In this document: positions 50,159 through 57,008 of the stretch, in pieces
How the letters are laid out: each line of letters opens with the position of its first letter
Position numbering within the stretch: the stretch's first letter is position 1
IMG/VR virus record: IMGVR_UViG_3300020576_005098
Coordinates: 1 to 64,000 of that record
Origin: a virus
Taxonomy: Duplodnaviria > Caudoviricetes
Length of the DNA stretch: 64,000 nucleotides
Reading direction: 5' to 3' (one strand)
Notes under the pieces: model-generated
Databases searched by the model: none
What the model saw: only the letters and a program-made list of their open reading frames with translations
What the model was told of the DNA's origin: nothing
Made by a program: the position numbers and the translations under genes

Positions 50159-50243
50159 GGAAGAGTATCCTAATGGTAAGGAAACGGTTTGCTAAACCGT
50201 CGAGGGCTAACCCCTCTTGCGAGTTCGAGTCTCGTCTCTTCCT
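50159..50243 (+). tRNA. tRNA-Ser(GCT)
   Basis: Cloverleaf with long V-arm; anticodon loop TTGCTAA. Confidence 0.85.
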
Positions 50244-50361
50244 CCGATGTTCTGTGTGTAGCTGTAAACTGGAACAGTTTCGCATTCCAACTGTAATGTG
50301 GAGTGTAGAAAATGTGGGCAGGAATAATAACTAAACCAACCCACCACACAAACCATCTCTT

Positions 50362-50437
50362 TCTCTTCGTAGCCTAATGGACCAGGCACCCGGCTTCTAT
50401 CCGGTATTTATGGGGGTTCGAATCCCTCCGAAGAGGC
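50362..50437 (+). tRNA. tRNA-Arg(TCT)
   Basis: Loop CTTCTAT; GGTTCGAATCC T-arm. Confidence 0.8.
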
Positions 50438-50479
50438 TAGTAACAAAGTCCTTGACAAGGAAAAGGTGATAGAGTAAAA

Positions 50480-50564
50480 GAGAAAGTGTCCTGAATGGAA
50501 AGGGAGCAGCCTGCAAAGCTGAAGGGATAAAATCCCAACAAGAGTTTGATTCTCTTCTTTCTCT
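50480..50564 (+). tRNA. tRNA-Cys(GCA) with long variable arm
   Basis: Loop CTGCAAA, U73, V-arm gggat-aaa-atccc; T-loop TTTGATT. Confidence 0.65.
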
Positions 50565-50580
50565 CTGGATTGTGATAGAC

Positions 50581-50654
50581 AGTAGTATAGCTTATGGGTA
50601 AAGCCTCCCACCGATAATGGGAAGAAGAAGTTTCAAGCACTTCTACTACTACCA
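50581..50654 (+). tRNA. tRNA-Ile(GAT), atypical T-arm
   Basis: Stem tccca/tggga, loop CCGATAA, encoded CCA. Confidence 0.6.
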
Positions 50655-50656
50655 AC

Positions 50657-50727
50657 AACACCATAACTCAATGGTAGAGTTTCTGCTCGACGCGCAGAAT
50701 ATATCAGTTCAATTCTGATTGGTGTTA
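50657..50727 (+). tRNA. tRNA-Val(GAC)
   Basis: Stem tctgc/gcaga, loop TCGACGC. Confidence 0.65.
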
Positions 50728-50759
50728 TTCAAACTTGCTTGCTACATAAACCTTACAAC

Positions 50760-50843
50760 GCCACTGTGGTGGAATGGCAGACACCGCTGTCTCAAAAGCA
50801 GCTACCCGATTCGGGTGTGGGAGTTCGAGTCTCCCCAGTGGCA
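50760..50843 (+). tRNA. tRNA-Leu(CAA)
   Basis: Class II cloverleaf; loop CTCAAAA. Confidence 0.9.
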
Positions 50844-50862
50844 CTCAACAACAATAAAAGTG

Positions 50863-50891
50863 TTGACAGACAGAAGAAAGTAAGTTAGAAG
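50863..50891 (+). promoter_or_regulatory. duplicated sigma70-like promoter (also 51005-51033)
   Basis: TTGACAGACA...AGTTAGAA repeated just upstream of tRNA genes. Confidence 0.55.
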
Positions 50892-50904
50892 AAAAAGAAC
50901 AGAC

Positions 50905-50992
50905 GGGATCGTGGTGGAACGGCAGACACGGCTGATTTAAGGTCAGAAGCATCATAACGATGCACTTGGGGGTTCGAGTCCCTCCGGTCCTA
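50905..50992 (+). tRNA. tRNA-Leu(TAA)
   Basis: Class II cloverleaf; loop TTTAAGG. Confidence 0.8.
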
Positions 50993-51037
50993 CAAAAAAA
51001 GTTCTTGACAGACAAAACAGGATGAGTTAGAAAGAAT

Positions 51038-51110
51038 GGCACAGTAGCCCAACGGCAGAGGCAACGGTCTCAGGTACCGTCAAGTAAGAGTTCAAATCTC
51101 TTCTGTGTCA
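51038..51110 (+). tRNA. tRNA with Leu anticodon CAG and short variable loop
   Basis: Stem acggt/accgt, loop CTCAGGT, 5-nt V-loop, A73. Confidence 0.75.
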
Positions 51111-51113
51111 CTC

Positions 51114-51186
51114 GGTTCAGTAGCCCAACGGCAGAGGTAATGGTTCGAGAAGCCATCTAGTGAGAGTTCGAATCTCTCCTGAACCA
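51114..51186 (+). tRNA. tRNA with Leu anticodon GAG and short variable loop
   Basis: Stem atggt/gccat, loop TCGAGAA, 5-nt V-loop, A73; D-arm nearly identical to the preceding gene. Confidence 0.7.
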
Positions 51187-51212
51187 CTGGATAGGAAAGT
51201 AGTTAACAACAT

Positions 51213-51289
51213 CGGGAATCGGACTCAAGGTGGGTCGCCTGTTTTGGAAACAGGACATCAGGCAAGTTCAATTCTTGCATTCCCGACCA
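51213..51289 (+). tRNA. tRNA-Pro(TGG)
   Basis: Loop TTTGGAA; encoded CCA. Confidence 0.8.
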
Positions 51290-51344
51290 AACTTCTCACA
51301 GCACTTTAGTTGTGAATTGTTCTTTGAAAACTTGTGTTGAATTA

Positions 51345-51431
51345 GGAAGGGCAAGCCGATGGGCGACGGCGCCGGTCTTGAAAACCGTGTGACCAGAAAT
51401 GGTCTTAGGAGTTCGACTCTCCTCCCTTCCG
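51345..51431 (+). tRNA. tRNA-Ser(TGA)
   Basis: Long V-arm; loop CTTGAAA; G73. Confidence 0.85.
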
Positions 51432-51432
51432 C

Positions 51433-51505
51433 CGCGGGATCGTCTAATGGCTTAGGACACAGGGCTCATACCCCTGAAATCTTGGTTCGATTCCTTGTCC
51501 CGCTT
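51433..51505 (+). tRNA. tRNA-fMet(CAT), initiator-type
   Basis: GGG/CCC anticodon-stem pairs; C1 mismatch; loop CTCATAC. Confidence 0.7.
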
Positions 51506-51509
51506 TCCT

Positions 51510-51593
51510 GGATCGTGTGTTCTATGGTAGAACAGTTGACTGTAAATCAACCAGCCCAACAGGTGACAATAGGTTCGATTCCTATACGATCCA
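51510..51593 (+). tRNA. tRNA-Tyr(GTA)
   Basis: Loop CTGTAAA; long V region; A73. Confidence 0.85.
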
Positions 51594-51610
51594 ACCAGAG
51601 TGTCTTTTGA

Positions 51611-51729
51611 TAATCCAACAGGAGGAGTTGTAACTTGCCCAATTCGCAAATAGGGCTGGCTTTACAATGGAGAGGAGTAGCTAACCTCAATCCTCTAGGA
51701 AACCATCCTCGTACCAGGACGCTGGATTA
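51611..51729 (+). ncRNA. unassigned ~120-nt structured RNA candidate
   Basis: Closing stem taatcca/tggatta with nested hairpins, between tRNA-Tyr and tRNA-Thr. Confidence 0.35.
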
Positions 51730-51749
51730 AGGAATAGTTTCCGATTTTT

Positions 51750-51825
51750 GCCCACTTAGCTCAATTGGCAGAGCACCTGACCTGTAATCAGGCGGTTGTC
51801 CGTTCAACTCGGATAGTGGGCTCCA
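51750..51825 (+). tRNA. tRNA-Thr(TGT)
   Basis: Loop CCTGTAA; encoded CCA. Confidence 0.85.
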
Positions 51826-51827
51826 TT

Positions 51828-51898
51828 AGGACGGTAGTGCAAAGGCAGCACCCTGGTTTCCAACTCCAGAAATAAAGGTTCGAGTCCTTTCCGTCCTG
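51828..51898 (+). tRNA. tRNA-Trp(CCA)
   Basis: Loop TTCCAAC; G73; short D-arm. Confidence 0.65.
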
Positions 51899-52110
51899 CT
51901 GTCTCTCAACGAACACGACGAGGTAAAACTTGTTGGTGAGTGGAGGTTGCAAACTCCTAAAAGTTCGTGAAAACACACATTCCTCAAGGTTACTCTAGTG
52001 AGTTTAAGGCGCCAAAATCAGTCTGCGATGGCTGAACCTTGTGAGGATACTCTGGCCGAGTCGGTCAGGTTCGATCCCTGCCCTATCCTGACAAAAGAGT
52101 GTGTGCATTC

Positions 52111-52182
52111 GGTCCCATCGTCCAGTGGTTAGGACACTTGATTTTCAATCAAGGAATATGAGTTCAATTCTCATTGGGATCA
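52111..52182 (+). tRNA. tRNA-Glu(TTC)
   Basis: Stem cttga/tcaag; loop TTTTCAA. Confidence 0.85.
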
Positions 52183-52196
52183 TGGTTAGTTGAAAC

Positions 52197-52585
52197 GGGC
52201 CAATAAAGGTTTCGACAGGGAACAAAGTTGGTTGCGGGTATGACCGTTGGTTGATAACAACGTAAACACTATCAAAAAAACACAAACGCGAACGACAATG
52301 CCGTTCCAGCCTTTGCCCTCGCTGCCTGAAAAACAGTGAGAAGCAGGTCATCTCACAAGGTACCGACCCATCTGATGGTTGGGTGAGATGCGATAAAGTC
52401 AGAAAAACCTCACAGTTGCTTTCGTGTCGGCTGTGTTGTAGAAAATCACACGGATTTTGATTCTGACCGATGACACTTGCTCATGAGTGCCGATAGAATC
52501 AAAAAAACCCAAACACATGAGAAACGTCATAAACACCGTTACTGATAGAGTTTTCTGGACATGGGTTCGACTCCCATTTGGTCCA
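52197..52585 (+). ncRNA. ssrA: tmRNA, tag ANDNAVPAFALAA
   Basis: GGGCCAA/TTGGTCC acceptor with G3:U70, GGTTTCGAC 5' motif, T-arm GGGTTCGACTCCC, tag ORF 52288-52329. Confidence 0.95.
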
Positions 52586-52588
52586 ACT

Positions 52589-52661
52589 GTCTGTTGAGGC
52601 TGTCGGATAAAACCGCTGGGCTACGAACCCGGAATGCGTGGTTCAACTCCACGAACAGACG
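52589..52661 (+). tRNA. tRNA-Arg(ACG)
   Basis: Loop CTACGAA. Confidence 0.8.
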
Positions 52662-52671
52662 TTAGTGTTTT

Positions 52672-52742
52672 GCCCTCATCGTTCAATGGTAGGACAGCAG
52701 ATTGTCGATCTGCATACAGGAGTTCAATTCTCCTTGGGGGCG
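52672..52742 (+). tRNA. tRNA-Asp(GTC)
   Basis: Loop TTGTCGA; G73. Confidence 0.85.
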
Positions 52743-52744
52743 CT

Positions 52745-53085
52745 AAGTTTTCTGGTCAGTGATAGTCGTAGGGTAATTCTCAAGTAATCGACTCCAAACC
52801 AAGCAATTGTTAATCTTGTAAGGGGTTTGTGAAAGAGAGTCTGGGTAGCCCCCCCGATGTTTATTCGGGATGAGTCTGAATGGCGAAATCCTATCGAGAG
52901 AAGAGGGAAGGAGTGAGATGAAATTTCTCACCTTGAACAAAATCCGTTCTTCGGATCGGGTTGAGAAACATGCAAATGTTTCTTGCAAGCAGTGTAGAGG
53001 ATATGGCTGAAAGCCATTAAAAAACCTGAGCACATCCCTCAAGTGCAGGTTCGAATCCTGCCGACGCTCTCTGACCAGAAAACTT
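52745..53085 (+). ncRNA. unassigned 341-nt structured RNA with a T-arm module
   Basis: 15-bp perfect terminal inverted repeat, multiple hairpins, GCAGG-TTCGAAT-CCTGC at 53045-53061. Confidence 0.7.
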
Positions 53086-53133
53086 CTTGACTTGGTTGTC
53101 TCGGTGTGGTAGGTTAGATCTTGTAAGAGTGAC

Positions 53134-53207
53134 TCGGGATTAGCTCAATGGTAGAGCGATCGGCTTTGACCCGGTTGACGTAGGTTCGATTCCTTCATCC
53201 CGAACCA
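53134..53207 (+). tRNA. tRNA-Gln(TTG)
   Basis: Loop CTTTGAC; encoded CCA; promoter TTGACT-N17-TAGGTT at 53087. Confidence 0.85.
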
Positions 53208-53208
53208 T

Positions 53209-53281
53209 GAATCCATAGCTCAATTGGCAGAGCATGACTCTCTTAAAGTCGAGGTTTCGAGTTCGACTCTCGATGGATTCA
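53209..53281 (+). tRNA. tRNA-Lys(CTT)
   Basis: Loop CTCTTAA. Confidence 0.85.
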
Positions 53282-53303
53282 CTTGACAGTTGTTTGTATG
53301 AAT

Positions 53304-53377
53304 GGAACCATAGCTCAGTTGGTAGAGCGGCCTGCTGTTTGGCGGGTGCGTCGATGCTTCGAAAACATCCAACTCCA
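53304..53377 (+). pseudogene. tRNA-like gene with 8-nt anticodon loop (CTGTTTGG) and poor acceptor stem
   Basis: Canonical D-arm TAGCTCAGTTGGTAGAGC; degenerate T-arm and acceptor. Confidence 0.5.
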
Positions 53378-53389
53378 TCTTGTTTGTTT

Positions 53390-53461
53390 GCAGCAATAAC
53401 TCAATGGTAGAGTTCCTGGTTTCCACCCAGGATGTTGTGGGTTCGAGTCCCATTTGCTGCT
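53390..53461 (+). tRNA. tRNA-Gly(TCC)
   Basis: Loop TTTCCAC; U73. Confidence 0.85.
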
Positions 53462-53467
53462 CTGTGA

Positions 53468-53541
53468 TAAACCATAGCTCAATCGGTAGAGTTCCACAGC
53501 GAAAGCTGAGGAGGATGCGGGTTCAAATCCCGCTGGTTTGT
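53468..53541 (+). tRNA. tRNA-Phe-like with 8-nt loop (GCGAAAGC)
   Basis: Intact acceptor, D and T arms; anticodon arm 1 nt long and able to fold as a GAAA tetraloop. Confidence 0.55.
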
Positions 53542-53556
53542 CATTTGTTTGTTTCC

Positions 53557-53628
53557 GGGGTCATAACTCAGCGTTGGCAGAGTGCGGCTTAAAAGCCGTG
53601 GTTGCGGGTTCGAATCCCGTTGGCTCCA
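53557..53628 (+). tRNA. tRNA-like gene with contracted anticodon loop (TTAAAA)
   Basis: Intact acceptor, D and T arms; 6-nt or shorter loop. Confidence 0.55.
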
Positions 53629-53655
53629 TTGTTTGGTTTGTTTGTGTGAAGAAAA

Positions 53656-53726
53656 GGGCTCATAGTTAAACGGGATAACTTCTGCTTTGCAAGCAGAAAT
53701 TGACAGTTCGATTCTGTCTGGGTCCA
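53656..53726 (+). tRNA. tRNA-Ala(TGC)
   Basis: Loop TTTGCAA; G3:U70; A73. Confidence 0.9.
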
Positions 53727-53729
53727 CTC

Positions 53730-53805
53730 CGCAGGTAGTTTAACTCAAAACATTCGGCAGCATAAGCCGGAAGAAGTGGGTGCTTGAATTCCCACCCTGC
53801 AACCA
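53730..53805 (+). tRNA. atypical tRNA-Met(CAT)-like
   Basis: Loop AGCATAA, encoded CCA; irregular D- and T-loops. Confidence 0.45.
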
Positions 53806-53838
53806 AATTTAGTAATGGGTTAGTTATCATTCAGCAAC

Positions 53839-54474
53839 ATGGTCAACAGTCTTTTCGAGTTCTTGTTTTTTGAGGCAGCCGTTCCATTTTCCGAGATTGG
53901 AAAAAGTGAAATGGCGTTGAAGGTTTTGAAACAAGGGCCGGAGCAGCTTGTTTTTATTTTGTATCGACCTTCGGTCCTCACGAGATATTTCCAGGATTGG
54001 GAATCAACAGATGGCCTGACTGCTGGAATGATGAACATTGTTGTTTCAGATGAAAACCCAAAGATTTTTGAGGTGAAAAACGCAGCGGCAGAAAAGGGTT
54101 TTGGTCCTGCGATGTATGACATTGTGATGAGTTACATTTCACCCAAGTTTCTCATGTCTGACAGGAAAGATGTGTCCGATTCTGCACAAAAAGTTTGGAG
54201 GTTCATGTTTGATCACAGATTGGCAGAGTACGACACTCTTTCACTTCCAACTGTTTGGAATGGTACTCGACTGAAAACCGACAATGAAGATTTGGAGTTT
54301 TTGAACTTGGCTTATCGTTTGAAAAAGAAGTTGGCTATCCATACAACGCTGGTGATGAGAGACCGTCAGTTTTTTGGGAATGAGTTTGATAGGAATAAAC
54401 GAGAAGAGATGTTGACCGTTCTGGAAGAAGATGCTTGGAATTATTTTCGGGATCGGATGAATGTTGTTGAGTAG
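53839..54474 (+). CDS. GNAT-like protein (GxG...SDR...S.SA..VW family)
   Basis: KGFGPAMYDI...LMSDRKDVSDSAQKVW; paralogous to 61004, 61782, 63316. Confidence 0.6.
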   Translation: MVNSLFEFLFFEAAVPFSEIGKSEMALKVLKQGPEQLVFILYRPSVLTRYFQDWESTDGLTAGMMNIVVSDENPKIFEVKNAAAEKGFGPAMYDIVMSYISPKFLMSDRKDVSDSAQKVWRFMFDHRLAEYDTLSLPTVWNGTRLKTDNEDLEFLNLAYRLKKKLAIHTTLVMRDRQFFGNEFDRNKREEMLTVLEEDAWNYFRDRMNVVE

Positions 54475-54479
54475 TTGAT

Positions 54480-54550
54480 GCGGGTATGGTATATTGGTTG
54501 TGCTCCACGTTGCCAGCGTGGTAAGATCAGTTCGATTCTGGTTATCCGCA
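54480..54550 (+). tRNA. tRNA-Gly(GCC)
   Basis: Loop TTGCCAG. Confidence 0.8.
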
Positions 54551-54572
54551 CTTGTTGGAATGTCTGGTGTTT

Positions 54573-54657
54573 GGAAGCGTGTTCCGAATGGTAAGGAAAC
54601 AGCTTGGAAAGCTGTCGTGGGGCAACCCACATGCAAGTTCGACTCTTGCCGCTTCCG
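54573..54657 (+). tRNA. tRNA-Ser(GGA)
   Basis: Long V-arm; loop TTGGAAA; G73. Confidence 0.85.
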
Positions 54658-54687
54658 CTATCTTTCTTAGAATAATATCACAATGTT

Positions 54688-54975
54688 GGGCCGATAGGTA
54701 AACGGTTATACCGGGCGACTTAGACAAAATATGAGCCTTGTTTGGGAAAAGAAACCAAACAAGTGGACGCGATAATATCGGTGAAACTCCTTTGCTAGAT
54801 TGGAAGGACAATACCGAGGGAATCAGACAAAAAGTCTGAGCCCGTAGAGAGCAGATGATCGCGCACCTGAAATGGTGAAGATGTGCTCCAGACCACAAAC
54901 ACCCCCGTGTGCCAGAGTAATTTGGTGTGGTAAGATAATCGCTTATTCCCAGTTCAACTCTGGGTCGGCCTACCA
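54688..54975 (+). tRNA. tRNA-Ile(TAT) interrupted by a group I intron
   Basis: Exons 54688-54721 and 54935-54975 join to stem ggcga/tcgct with loop CT-TAT-AA, A73, encoded CCA. Confidence 0.85.
54722..54934 (+). mobile_element. group I intron (IC3-like, 213 nt, no ORF)
   Basis: U at 5' splice site with GAG guide, P2 hairpin, ATCGGTGAAA/AATACCGAG P4, R GTAGAGAGCA and S AAGATGTGCTCC forming P7, terminal omega-G. Confidence 0.88.
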
Positions 54976-55012
54976 ACAAACAAATTCTATCAACCCCAAC
55001 AAAGGAACTGTT

Positions 55013-55309
55013 ATGTCTTGGAAGTGTTTTGAGTGTGGTGCCGAAGTGACATCATGTATCATTGATGGATACCAAATCGGAGATAGATTGCTGGAAAATG
55101 TGCCCATTTTGGTGACAGAACGTAGCGAAGGAAACCTGGATTTTCGATTTGATCCAGAATTTGACGGTTACACCATCAAGCTCAACAATGAATATTGGAT
55201 GCAAAAGGCGAAAAAAGAATTTCGCAGTATTGATCTTGTAGCAATTCATTGTCCAACACCAGGATGCGACGGTGACGAAGCAGAGAACACTTACATGCCT
55301 GACGAGTAG
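55013..55309 (+). CDS. small zinc-binding protein
   Basis: CFEC...CPTPGC; start at MSWKC. Confidence 0.65.
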   Translation: MSWKCFECGAEVTSCIIDGYQIGDRLLENVPILVTERSEGNLDFRFDPEFDGYTIKLNNEYWMQKAKKEFRSIDLVAIHCPTPGCDGDEAENTYMPDE

Positions 55310-55330
55310 GAACAATCATACCTAAGACGC

Positions 55331-56257
55331 ATGAAATCCATCTCTTTGGAACGTTTGTTGTTTGAGCGTGTTGATCTTGAAAAAATCAATGCGATCCGAC
55401 AAATGTTCCAAGAAATCAAAACAAACGTCCTCACCATCCCAGCAACCCCAGCGGCTTTCAAAAGAAATGGCTGGGAAGCAGAGGAAGGATTGTTGAAAAC
55501 CCTTGTTGTTTCGGAAGTTTATGCGGAATCTGTTTTTGATAATCTCTTCATAAGCTTCGAACCTAAGATGTCTCAGTTGGCATGGGCAAACACAAATGAA
55601 GATGGAGACCTTCTCCTCGCATTTCGTATTTCACCAACTCCATCAAACATCAAAACAAAAAGCCAATTCAACTCCTGGTTTGTGAATGAAATAAAGACGT
55701 GGTTCCAGCAACCAAGTTCTGAATCTCTTTTCGTTCATGAATTTATTCATCTTCTGGACATTGCCAGAATTGGTGATGTGTTTTTCGACATTGTTGAGAA
55801 AACAACAGCCTTGGATAAACCTCTTGCCGACCTTAAAAAGGAAGCTGAGAAGTTGAAAGCGGTGTTGGACGGAACCATAAAGGGAACACCAGAGAGAAAG
55901 CAAGCCCTTGCAAACTTCAGAAGGGTGGCTGCAAAATGGAAGGAAACAAAGGAAAGGCGTTGGAAGGATTATCAAGGCTCGCCTGTTGAGACCAACGCCT
56001 TCTTTAACCAAACCATTGCTGCTGTCAAAGAAAAAGCTTCTAGGGCCCTTAGAGAGCGTGGTAAATTGGCTGCCTTGGGTGTGTTGGGAAACAGCCCGCA
56101 AGAATTCGTTTCAGTGTTCGAAAAAGAACTCGCAAAAAATATTCGACTTGATTTACTGGATTCGAAAACTCTGAAAAATTTTCAAAAGAGGGCATCGGTT
56201 TTGTATGATCAGTTGGTAGATGAGATTGAGACGGGGAAAGAGCGCAGCCTTGTATAA
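55331..56257 (+). CDS. putative zincin-like metalloprotein
   Basis: FVHEFIHLLD HExxH and downstream ETNAF; N-terminal LERLLFER. Confidence 0.55.
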   Translation: MKSISLERLLFERVDLEKINAIRQMFQEIKTNVLTIPATPAAFKRNGWEAEEGLLKTLVVSEVYAESVFDNLFISFEPKMSQLAWANTNEDGDLLLAFRISPTPSNIKTKSQFNSWFVNEIKTWFQQPSSESLFVHEFIHLLDIARIGDVFFDIVEKTTALDKPLADLKKEAEKLKAVLDGTIKGTPERKQALANFRRVAAKWKETKERRWKDYQGSPVETNAFFNQTIAAVKEKASRALRERGKLAALGVLGNSPQEFVSVFEKELAKNIRLDLLDSKTLKNFQKRASVLYDQLVDEIETGKERSLV

Positions 56258-56315
56258 AGTTCTTGACCTGAAAAATGAGTGGTGGTAAGGTTGGTTCATC
56301 GGTGAGAGAGAAAGA

Positions 56316-56389
56316 GTCTCCATAGCTCAACTGGATAGAGCAGACGATTCCTATTCGTCAGGTTGTAGGTTCGATTCCTACTGGGGATG
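56316..56389 (+). tRNA. tRNA-Arg(CCT)
   Basis: Loop TTCCTAT; promoter TTGACC-N17-TAAGGT at 56263. Confidence 0.85.
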
Positions 56390-56393
56390 CTAA

Positions 56394-56468
56394 GGGTTGC
56401 AAGCTTAGATGGCGAAGCAGGGGACTTTTAATCCTCAGAACAGGGTTCGATTCCCTGGCGACCCACCA
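56394..56468 (+). tRNA. tRNA-Lys(TTT)
   Basis: Loop CTTTTAA; encoded CCA. Confidence 0.85.
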
Positions 56469-56547
56469 GTAACACACATATCCTGTGTTGCTTTGTTAGA
56501 AGAAAGTTAAGTCGTGGGAACGGGCGTGTTCCTCGTTCCCACACCAC

Positions 56548-56621
56548 GAATTCGTAGCTCAACCCGGCAGAGCAGCAGGCCGTTAACCTGCGTGTTGTAG
56601 GTTCAATTCCTACCGAATTCG
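56548..56621 (+). tRNA. tRNA-Asn(GTT)
   Basis: Loop CCGTTAA; G73. Confidence 0.85.
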
Positions 56622-56654
56622 CTACTCAAATAATCCAAATCAGAGAAAACCAAA

Positions 56655-56996
56655 ATGAGCAGGCGAAATCAAAAAGAGGAAAAGGATCCGGAGTGGAAGA
56701 AACTTTTGAAGGGAATGCCTGGATTTGCCAGATCCGATTATTCTGATTTGGAAATTGAATTGATGAAGACCGAGATTTCTCCTCAGTTGTATGAATACAG
56801 AATCAAGTTCAGTCAGATGTACGAATACGTCAACCTGTCGTTTGAAACACTTCTGGCTTTGTCGGAAATCTTTCAAACCAAGAAGATTGACATTGGGGAA
56901 AGAGAGAATTGGGGCGGCTGTGAAACGTGTGACTACGGCTCCAAATACCAAGTGTCTGTGAGGGTTGGCAACTCCCCAGTTTGTTTTGAGGATTGA
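56655..56996 (+). CDS. hypothetical protein (GCETCDYGS motif)
   Basis: 113 aa. Confidence 0.7.
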   Translation: MSRRNQKEEKDPEWKKLLKGMPGFARSDYSDLEIELMKTEISPQLYEYRIKFSQMYEYVNLSFETLLALSEIFQTKKIDIGERENWGGCETCDYGSKYQVSVRVGNSPVCFED

Positions 56997-57008
56997 TCGG
57001 TTTTGGTT

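Noticed and set aside
50244-50360. Possible extra tRNA between Ser(GCT) and Arg(TCT)
   Set aside because: No T-loop consensus or acceptor pairing; at most a decayed remnant
52745-53085. RNase P RNA or group I intron as the identity of the 341-nt element
   Set aside because: No GAGGAAAGUCC/ACAGAA..GGCUUA pair able to form P4; no P4-P6 upstream of the R/S-like stem and no flanking exons
50085-54979. Short ORFs called across the tRNA island, including the N-terminal extension of 54872..55309
   Set aside because: They overlap well-formed tRNA, tmRNA and intron sequences; the true CDS starts at 55013
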